From assembly GCA_900617105.1 (NCBI GenBank), contig UYFQ01000099.1, positions 1 to 41,202 of the forward strand: a stretch of 41,202 bases of DNA. Reading direction: 5' to 3'. The notes beneath the pieces are model-generated. The model did not search any database and was not told the DNA's origin. It worked only from the letters and a program-made list of their open reading frames with translations. Numbering within the stretch: position 1 is the stretch's first letter; each line of letters starts with the position of its first letter. The DNA comes from Hydrurus foetidus. Its lineage: Eukaryota. The translations under genes were made by a program, and so were the position numbers. Below, piece after piece: positions 22,869-32,042 of the stretch.

Positions 22869-23268
22869 AATTGCCCGTAAAAAAGACTCAAAATAGTACT
22901 ATATTCTGCTAGCAGAATCTCAAATTCGAGTGGCAGAATCGCGAAATGGCAATGTCACAGTGGTTTGGTCATCAGAAAGTTCCTCAATCAGTTTCCGTAT
23001 TTACTGATCTGGTTCATTCCGGTTTTGACAACAACGGAAATGATGAGCCAAAAGTGGGCTGTACTTTCGCGAACGTACAAAACAAGATTCGTCAGCAGAA
23101 GCCCCAGTTCGGAGTTCCGCAGTACCAGATTTCTTCCCAAAAGCTTCCCCAGATCGTGATGTTCAAGTCGAAGTGTGAGAGTAATGGCGACGTCTCATCT
23201 GAGTCATCGGCAGTCCTCACCCAAAAACCATAACCGAAACCTGTAAGCTTTTATTAAATTTCTCGAAT

Positions 23269-26200
23269 ATGGCAGACTACGCTGGAAACCAAGTATCTCA
23301 ACGCTCGAAATGCCCGATGGGTTACGGTGTCACGTCATCAAACGGTGCACCTGTATCGACGATGACCGCAAGCATGACCAACGGTCCACGTGGAGATATT
23401 TCTCTCAAGGACTTTGCTCTTATCGACTCAATTGCCGCATTTGACAGAGAAAGAATCCCAGAGAGAGTAGTGCATGCAAAAGGTGGAGGAGCCTTCGGTT
23501 ACTTCGAAGTTACTTCCACCGCCATCACACGTTACTGCAAAGCGAAGATGTTTCAAACCGTCGGAAAGACTACGCCCGTTGCCGTTCGATTCAGTACTGT
23601 CGGCGGTGAGAGCGGCTCTGCCGACACTGCGAGAGATCCCAGAGGATTCGCCATTAAATTCTATACTGAAGAAGGTACTGCCGTCATCAGCATCGTCAAC
23701 GAGCCGCTCTTGGCCACGAATGCGTAAACGGCATGCAAATAATCAATTAGCTCCAACTCATTTACTGCAATTGTAAGCTGAAACCTTTACATCGATCGCA
23801 GGAAATTGGGATCTCGTGGGTAACAATACTCCCATCTTCTTCATCAGAGACCCCATCCTATTCCCTTCCTTTATCCACACTCAAAAAAGAAACCCCGCAA
23901 CCCACCTTAAGGACCCGGACGCAATGTGGGACTTCATTACATTAAGACCTGAAACAACCCACCAGGTACAACAGAGAACACAAAGAAATGGACACAAGAA
24001 CACTACCCACACTGCCGTGGGGAAACTATGTAATCCGCTTTTTTACGAATCCCAGACGTAGACTGAACCAAGATATTTCAATTACATGTAGGTAAGTATT
24101 CTATTCTCGGATAGAGGCACTCCAGACGGCTTCCGATTCATGAATGGTTACGGCTCCCACACATTCAAAGCAGGTATTTTGAGAGAATCAGAACAAATAT
24201 TCTACTACCGATCCCCTCCAGCGCCCTGCATTTCTTGACAGTAGCTTTCGGAGAGCAACATTCATAAGCATAGTTTCATATGTAAGATGCGCAGCCTCTG
24301 AAATCAAATGTAACCTATCCTGCAGTAAACGAAAATGGTGAGGCCGTGTACGTCAAGTGGCACCTTAAAACCGATCAGGGAATCAAGAATCTTCCTGCGA
24401 GTGAAGCCGACAGGTGAAGAGTTCATTTCTGCATAGATGCAGAACTGATACGTCGTCGTGTGCTCTATCTAGATCATTATATCACACTGGACTTTAATGA
24501 CCTATCAGCGCATATGTACCATTGACAGGACTTCATAATACTGAGATGTCTATCACAGACTATTGCCTGAGGGTTCCAACTTTTTTGTCATTTCCTACTG
24601 CGTTTCACATGTAGCACCGCACTTACGCTACCCATCTAGACAAAGAGGTGTACCTGACTAACTTTCTTTCTCGATGTGCACCAATTTGTTTCTACAGAAT
24701 CGCTTCATCTGATCCAGACTATGCCATCAGAGATCTGTACAACGCCATCGGTAAACAAATTTCAACTGTGCCTCCGTCATGATTACATAACCAATGCTTT
24801 GACTGCACATATATGTGTCGCACTTTGTGACAACAGTTCCAACGTGAATCAACATTTCGAGTTACCGAGTTACTGTGTCTTGGTTACATCATACCCAACT
24901 CACAGAGCTGCACACAAGCGGCACTCATAAGGATCACCTCACTATCATTACTTCAGACATTTATTTGCCGTCAGGGACTTGATGTAGCGTAAGTTCTTAC
25001 CCAACTCCCACTTCTCCACGAATTCCTTTTCATCAGGAAACAACGATGCTCCATCTTGGACGATGTACTTCCAAGTGATGACCTTCGAAGAAGCGGAAAG
25101 TCTGTCATACAACCCCTTCGATCTCACCAAGGTAAATCAACGCCACTATACTATCCCGACAGCATTGACATGGCACTTGTCTTCGTACACCAGAGGTTTC
25201 CAAACACCTACACATAATAATTCCTGATGAACAGTCTACTGTCTCTAGCTCATGTCCATCTACAGCAGGATAGCTCTCGTCTTAACTCCCTCGAATCATC
25301 CTCGACAGCCCATGTCTCACTTTACCACTCAGCCCAATAGCTCATACTTTACTCCTTCGCGTCTCTCCCTAAGGTGTGGTCCCACTCCGACTACCCCCTT
25401 CACGAGATCGGCCGCATGGTGCTAGACAGGAATCCCACGAACTACTTCGCAGAAATCGAACAGCTCGCCTTCGCCCCTTCCCACATGGTTCCTGGTAAGC
25501 AATGCAACCGCAGGAGACTGTAGAGGACTGAATTACATTCGAACAGTTATTTTTGGGTTCACAGGGATCTTGCAGATGTAAAATGATAAGAAACAGTTAT
25601 CTTCTCGTAACATAAATGCGAGCTATCTCCCTCACTACGTTTATGTCATACTTGTCTTACTGCTCAATATATACTACTTACATCATCGTCACCAGGCATC
25701 GAGCCATCCCCCGACAAGATGCTCCAGGCCCGCCTCTTCAGTTACTCCGACACTCACAGACACCGTCTAGGTAAGCCACAAACAAAGCACCTCGTCCTGT
25801 TCCACCACATACTCAGTGGAAGAGAACACTTTGTCTTCTACTGGGTTGAATGGAACTTGAATTCTGTCTTATGCTGACATTCTGCTATGTGTCCACTATC
25901 TGCGAATACATTTCCCACTTCTTATCCTGCATCTTTTAATGGCATTGCTCATTCTCACATGACACCATTTATCCCGAAGGTACGAACTATCAGAGCATTC
26001 CAGTCAACTGCCCCTTCGCCACAACAGTTCAAAACTACTCGGTAAGAAACTTAGCAACGACATTACCATGCAACCAACATGATCCATATTTCCACACTTA
26101 CTGTCGATACTCACCTCACCAGCTGTTGTTGTCTCTCCTCTCTAATAGTCTCCACATCTCACATATCACACCTCTCTTCTGCCGCACAACCCTAAAAGTA

Positions 26201-26901
26201 ACTCCTCATCTTGTTCTCCTCCTGCCATGACATCAGCGTGACGGAGGAATGAGGGTTGACGGCAACCAAGGCGGAGCACCCAACTATTTCCCTAACAGCT
26301 TCGGAGGACCGGAGCCAACCGCATCAGGTAATTAATATCAACTCAAAACCGCGACATTATGCAGTGACGTCATACCGCACTTATGATCTTACACGTCTCT
26401 ACACACTCTGACATGACCAACCTTAGCGGAATGGCACGTTGACCAAGCTAGTGGAGACGTGACGAGGCACGAGACAGGACACGAGGATAACTTCTCTCAG
26501 TGCGGCGCATTCTTCAGGAACGTTCTCAATGACGCAGAGAAGGAGAGACTCACGGACAACATTGCTGGCAACCTTATCGGTAATTGTTATTTTGTACTGG
26601 AGCACTATCGGCTTATCCATCAAATGCTTCCACCAAATGCACTTTGTAGCGACAGTGACACCCATGATCTGATATCCTCCCACCATACCGCATCTCTGAT
26701 GAATATTCAGGTGCCAAGGAGTTCCTGCAGAAGAGAGCAGTTGCTAACTTCTCCGCAGCAGACGCCAAATACGGCAAAATGATACAGGACAAGTTGGTTA
26801 AGCTGGCAGCAGAGCAGAAGAGAGCGAAGCCATCAAAAGCCAAATCAGCTGCAGCTGCCCTCAACCCTCCACGCAGCGTACCAGAGAAATCAAATCTATA
26901 A
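23269..26901 (+). CDS. CAT: Monofunctional haem catalase, ~526 aa, 12 exons: 23269-23674, 23802-23965, 24092-24173, 24326-24413, 24698-24750, 25037-25131, 25374-25494, 25696-25770, 25980-26041, 26237-26327, 26427-26579, 26711-26901
   Basis: [15 protein letters not shown] (distal His), [52 protein letters not shown] (proximal Tyr). All 11 introns are GT-AG and phase-consistent. The protein ends ...KSNL. Confidence 0.95.
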
Positions 26902-27476
26902 TTGAATATTGAATAAACACCATATTGGACACAGCTGCCTCCTGCGGCTAACCATACATATTCACATCCAAGAATGAGACTGTGCTACTATAATAACCGC
27001 ATACACCGGACTTTCTCCCAGGAAATGATACAAGTTGCACAACATTCAATGCTGCGAAGTACTACACAATATGTGGCCGAAATAATATTTTATTTCTCTT
27101 TTCGTCAATTCACAGCACTGCGAAATTCTATTCTTGTCGGAACCCTTACATGACGTGCAATTTAGAAATCAACCATGAGTTCACTTTCACGATAGCATAT
27201 TGAACGATCATTTTTCTCTTAAGATCTACATAAGGCAAATTATTGATCTACTACCTGAGAATTTAACTTTCTAAAATGTCTCACCGACGGCTTTGTCGCA
27301 CGGGCAAAGCAATATTACGACCATTAGTTGATGCAATCAAGAGTAGAATACCAGCTTTTCTAGTGCACAAATCTTAGAGGGAATCACCGTATCAAATTGA
27401 CTCGTTTGATTTACAAAAACATACAGTTATACACGCGGAAAGAATGTAGAGGAGAACAGGTGTCGAACATCTACTT

Positions 27477-28439
27477 CTACTTCATCTTGGGCAGGTCAGA
27501 CCTGGCCCCCCACTCTGACCAGCTGCCATCATAAATAGGACTCGATGATAAATCTTGTCCCAGCAAATTCAATCCCAAAGCCAACACAGCTGCAGACACT
27601 CCAGAGCCGCATGTAAGGATGATCTTAGATCCGAAAATAACTCCAGCGTCTTTGAACGCATCTCTGATTTCTGCTGGACTCCTAAATTTGGTGAAGTCGT
27701 CATCTTGAACCAGCATTGTAAAGGGAAGATTTAAAGACCCAGGCATATGGCCACCCTCTAAACCAGCTCTCGGTTCCGGAGCTGTTCCCTCAAATCTACC
27801 TTTTGATCTTGCGTCAACAATTTGTGCAGAACCCGTGTTGACAACCCTGAGCACACCATCTACATCGACTAGATTTGTTTTCTCTAGTTCCGCAGTGAAT
27901 TTTCCTGGTGCGACAGGCGTTACAGGCTCGTTAACGACAGTCACTCCTCCGGCTGCCTTCCATGCATTTAATCCTCCATCTAGAATAGAGACATTCGTGT
28001 GTCCGAAGGCTTTGAACATCCACCACAATCGAGGTCCACTGAAGCAGTTAGGATGTACGTAAACAACCACATGGTCACTATTTGATATGCCGCATAAAGA
28101 AATTGCATCTGCGAAAGCTTTGTTGCTTGGCAGCATATGCGGTAAGTCAGTTGATTTGTCACTGACATCATCAAGATCGAAGAATTGAGAATCTGGAATT
28201 CTCTCACTTAAAAACTCATCCATCGGATTTCTCGATTTGCCCATGTGCCAGCTGCCATCAATAAACTTTAACAAATGATTTTTGTGCAGTTCTACCGCCT
28301 TCGATGCAGGCAGCAGTGTTGGTATTTCTGAATTAGATGACATCATGGACACAGATAGAAGAGATCGTCCACACACGCCTCTCCGTAGATAAGGTGAAGC
28401 ACGAGTTGAGGCGGCGAGTAACGCAAAGATGTAGACCAT
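27477..28439 (-). CDS. MPST: 3-mercaptopyruvate sulfurtransferase (tandem rhodanese), 320 aa, intronless
   Basis: IDGSWHM, LPHMLP, RLWWMFKAFGH, DARSKGRFEG..PEPR, active-site loop CGSGVS, YDGSWSEW. N-terminal targeting-like extension. Confidence 0.92.
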   Translation of the reverse strand: MVYIFALLAASTRASPYLRRGVCGRSLLSVSMMSSNSEIPTLLPASKAVELHKNHLLKFIDGSWHMGKSRNPMDEFLSERIPDSQFFDLDDVSDKSTDLPHMLPSNKAFADAISLCGISNSDHVVVYVHPNCFSGPRLWWMFKAFGHTNVSILDGGLNAWKAAGGVTVVNEPVTPVAPGKFTAELEKTNLVDVDGVLRVVNTGSAQIVDARSKGRFEGTAPEPRAGLEGGHMPGSLNLPFTMLVQDDDFTKFRSPAEIRDAFKDAGVIFGSKIILTCGSGVSAAVLALGLNLLGQDLSSSPIYDGSWSEWGARSDLPKMK

Positions 28440-28744
28440 CTATTCCTCCGAAAGACGTCGCAGGCTGAAGCGATTAATTGAGCAGCTGTGCAAAACATCT
28501 CAACTCTCAACTCCTCAGAGAATATTAGGCCACAATTCACCGTCACGTGATAACGCGATACGTGATAGTATCACGTGCAGATTATCACGTATACGAACTT
28601 TTCCACGTTTCACCGTTTTTCGTGATAATCTGCACGTGATAATTCAAATATTCAAATTTTTAAGAATTTTTTACCCAAGATGACCGTTTCAAGCTATCTA
28701 CCAGATGATAGCACATAGCTTTTTGAACCAAGAATCTTTGAAAG

Positions 28745-30202
28745 ATGATCTACTCAACCAAGTTCATTCTCGGTCAGTTTTCGGTGATGATGGCGATCAT
28801 GAAAAGGATGGCGAAGAGGCGCTCTATCGCCAAGCTAAATCGCAGACCTCGGCGTACTCCACCAAACGTTCAACGTTTGAACGACATCAACTACCAATGC
28901 TCTCCGTGGGGTCAGCTATTAGTGCGCCTGGCACAAATTGATGGTGGACCATCGATTGACTCAAGAGACGGAAAACTATTCCGACGTCGATTTCGAGTTC
29001 CTTACGGTGTTTTTTGCAATCTGGTACAAAAGTGCTTGGACAAAAATCTTTTCGGAGAAAATGCAAGTAGGGATAGGGATATCACTGGTCGAACTTTATG
29101 CCCAGTGGAAATCAAGCTTTTGTCCGTGCTTCGAATTTTGGGAAGAAATTGGAACTTCGACGACATTGCGGAGGCAACTTTCATGGGTGAATCCACAGCG
29201 AGGAGGGCTTTTCACACTTTTTGTGAAAATTTTGTCAGAGAATATTATTCAATATATGTTTATCGTCCAGTGGGTGAAAAGCTTTTCAAAGTTATGAAAG
29301 TTTTTGAACAAATGGGTCTCCCCGGTTGTATTGGATCAACCGACTGCGTTCACCTCAAATGGGATCGATGCCCCGTAGGCTTGGCGCAACTGTGTAGTGG
29401 GAAGGAAGGATATCCAACTCTTGCTTACTCATGTACTGTAGATCATCATCACAGAATACTTGCATCTACAAGCAGTTATTGGGGGGCAAAAAATGATAAA
29501 ACGATTGTCCGTGGTGATACTTATATTACTGATGTCAGAGAAAAAAAAGTAAATGAAAATATTGAGTTTAATGTTTTTATTGATGGAGTTTTAAAACCAA
29601 TGAAAGGTGTTTATTATATTTGTGATGGTGGTTATCATAAGTGGACATGCATGATAAATCCTATGAAACATACATCTGTTAGAAGTGATCGAATATGGTC
29701 TGAGTGGATTGAATCTACTAGAAAAGATGTTGAATGCACGTTTGGTAGTTTAAAAGGTAGATGGAGATTTCTCAGAAACGGTATTGTATTGCAAGATCAA
29801 AATTCAATAGATAATGTATTCTTTACGTGCTGCATTTTACACAATATGATTTTAGAGGATGATGGCTTGGATTGTCGATGGGAAAAGGATGTGGATTGGG
29901 AAGCTATTCACCCGCAACCGACTAATTCAGATGAAGGGTTTGATGAGGTAGAAGAGGGTGTGATGGGAAGTCAGCAAATATTAATTAATAGACGTGTATC
30001 TGAGTGGATTTCATCAATCGATAATACAGAAGAGGAGGAAAGGATGATAGGGAATGAATTCATAGAAGAATGGGATACTGACTTTAATATGAAACGTCGC
30101 ATACTTATTGATCATTTTGTACATGCATATAATTTGGGATTAGTAAAGTGGCCCACTAAGTTTACTGAAGAAAAAAAACTAGTGTACAATAAAGGAAATT
30201 AA
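28745..30202 (+). CDS. PIF/Harbinger transposase (DDE_Tnp_4-like), up to 485 aa, intact
   Basis: FRRRFRV, HTH region (FDDIAEATFMGESTARR), catalytic GSTDCVH / ICDGGY / RKDVECTFGSLKGRW, and CCILHNM. The true start Met is uncertain. Confidence 0.92.
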   Translation: MIYSTKFILGQFSVMMAIMKRMAKRRSIAKLNRRPRRTPPNVQRLNDINYQCSPWGQLLVRLAQIDGGPSIDSRDGKLFRRRFRVPYGVFCNLVQKCLDKNLFGENASRDRDITGRTLCPVEIKLLSVLRILGRNWNFDDIAEATFMGESTARRAFHTFCENFVREYYSIYVYRPVGEKLFKVMKVFEQMGLPGCIGSTDCVHLKWDRCPVGLAQLCSGKEGYPTLAYSCTVDHHHRILASTSSYWGAKNDKTIVRGDTYITDVREKKVNENIEFNVFIDGVLKPMKGVYYICDGGYHKWTCMINPMKHTSVRSDRIWSEWIESTRKDVECTFGSLKGRWRFLRNGIVLQDQNSIDNVFFTCCILHNMILEDDGLDCRWEKDVDWEAIHPQPTNSDEGFDEVEEGVMGSQQILINRRVSEWISSIDNTEEEERMIGNEFIEEWDTDFNMKRRILIDHFVHAYNLGLVKWPTKFTEEKKLVYNKGN

Positions 30203-30467
30203 AACTTGCCAGTTTTAAATAGTTTCATTTCATTTTCATTTTAAATTTCATTTTCTCGTTTTCAAAAAAAAAATTTGTTGGATAATGTTTTTTTAATTTA
30301 TAACAAGAAAGATGAGAGGAGTGTTGAGAATAAATTCAGATTTAAAAAAGGCAGTAGGAATTAAGGTATAGGATATTGTGTGAGAATACAATTGATTTAA
30401 AAAGGTCATAAAAAAAAAGATTTAAAAAAAAAGTGAGTTGTGTTCACAAAAAAAAACCCGCTAGGGA

Positions 30468-30811
30468 CTCGACTTGGAAAGGCGGTGTACGGCTGAACTG
30501 GACTGGGCTGGAGAAGGTGGTATACGGTTGAATTGGATTGGACTGGACTGGGGAAGGTGGTATACGACTGAACTGGGCTGGACTGGGGAAGGTGGTATAC
30601 GACTGAATTGGATTGGACTGGGGAAGGTGGTGTACGACTGGGCTGAACTGGACTGGGGAAGGTGGTATACGACTGAGAACTAGGCTGGACTGGGGAAGGT
30701 GGTGTACGACTGAACTGGGCTGGGGAAGGTGGTATACGGTTGAATTGGATTGGACTGGACTGGGGAAGGTGGTGTACGACTGGGCTGAACTGGACTGGGG
30801 AAGGCGGTATA
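30468..30811. repeat. G-rich minisatellite (~30-40-bp variable unit CTGGACTGGGGAAGGTGGT(A/G)TACGACTGAA...), ~9 copies, between the 3' ends of the two Harbinger ORFs
   Basis: Repeated GGGGAAGGTGGT(A/G)TACG core separated by variable numbers of CTGGA/CTGAA/TTGGA pentamers. Confidence 0.9.
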
Positions 30812-30816
30812 CGAGT

Positions 30817-32042
30817 TTAGATGGCTTCATATGGCATCCCGTAGTCTTCTTCGTATTCAAAATTGTCATCACTCTCGGTTTGATCAGGGTGGTATCTTAG
30901 AGGAGGCACAATTGTGTAGTCATCATCCCGCGCATCCTGCTCAACCTGTTTAGATGAAGAGGAAGAAGATGCAGCTAAAGCTGAAGCAGGAGTTGAGAAA
31001 GAGTCAACATTAGTGTTTCTTGAAGTTTTCAAAGATTTGCTGGCGGTTTCTAACGAAACCTGTTCGACCTCTTCTACCGGGCGCTTCAAAAAATTATACA
31101 ACTCACGCATGTTTGCGGATCTTTCAGATTCCGTAACATCTGGCATTTGCTTCGATAGGTCAACTATGGCCGTCAATCTCTCTCTCTCAGTCGTCCATTT
31201 GACGTTCGATGCTATCTTCCGCTGCTCAAGTATGCTGCTCGATATCATCTGCAGCTCCAGATCGGTCTCTGGAGTATTCGTAGTCTCAGTTTTGAGATTC
31301 GCAAGACGACGCTGGTTGCGGCCGCCTGTCGCAGCCATAGCTGATCTCAAGGATTCAGATGATACCGTTGGCAGAACCTCTTTTGTTTTTGATGGGCCAC
31401 TACCAGGGGGTGGAGTTTTCAGCACTTGAAGGCATTTCGTCCTGTTTAAATGAACATTGGCAAAGGAGTTAGTTTCTCGCATATATAGATACGTGCGTTT
31501 CTCACAAATATCAACGCATGACCTTCCGGATGGGACGCCTACGTAGCGAAAGGATAGCCACTCTTTGATTTGCCAGCTAGGATCAAATGAACGCGGTTGG
31601 TAGTCTACTTTCCTCTTTGCTGCTTGTTTTTTTTCTCTTCCTCATTTCGCTGCCAAGCTGCCTCCTTACATACGGATAGTGCGTCACCAAGTTGAGTTCC
31701 CGAAGCATACGCGACAGGATCTTTCCATGCAGGATTTAGGACGTTTATGATGAAAGCCACAGCGTCCTTGGCTTTCCTCAACATTTGGACGCCAGAATCC
31801 TTCTCAACTTGGGCCATGATAGACTCAGCCGTGGCATCTTTGATTGGAATGTATTTGTAACTATCAAACAGCTCCTTGACCCAATCTGCTGCTCTCACTT
31901 TAATTGATTGCTCAATCTGGGCGGTGCTCTGCTTCGAACCGTTCGTAACTACATCGTTCCATGCTAGCAACAGTAGTAGTATGTAGGCTTCACCCAGTCC
32001 TCGAGTTGCCCTATTCATTCGAATTGATGCCTCGTCTGCCAT
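30817..32042 (-). CDS. Harbinger ORF2 (accessory protein), ~408 aa, split by one -1 frameshift at the T8 run 31627-31634
   Basis: ATG at 32042 (MADEASIR...). Adding one A joins the 199-aa and 221-aa ORFs through KQAAKRKVDYQPRSFDPSWQIKEWLSFRYVG with no stop. A short intron near 31440-31500 cannot be excluded. Confidence 0.7.

Larger units (their letters stand above)
17371..22952 (+). mobile_element. Non-autonomous hAT transposon (internal deletion derivative), 5582 bp
   Basis: TIR TTGCCATTTCGCGATT(G/C)TGC (16 bp perfect, 19/20 overall) at 17371 and ending at 22952. Perfect 8-bp TSD TGTCACAG at 17363-17370 and 22953-22960. Contains a hAT dimerisation-domain exon and subterminal motif arrays. 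Confidence 0.88.

Noticed and set aside
22615..22912. 21-bp ladder as a mini-CRISPR, and the heptad-repeat ORFs over it (LLSSII.., ATQK..)
   Set aside because: An 8-bp motif with 13-bp related spacers is far too short for CRISPR and no cas genes are present. The ORFs are by-products of the 21-bp period within a hAT subterminal region.
22946..23233. 95-aa ORF upstream of catalase
   Set aside because: Its ATG lies within the hAT TIR and it resembles nothing I recognise. At most it is an insertion-created upstream ORF.
30444..30900. Repetitive ORFs (142, 69 and 95 aa)
   Set aside because: They are translations of the minisatellite with no independent coding evidence.
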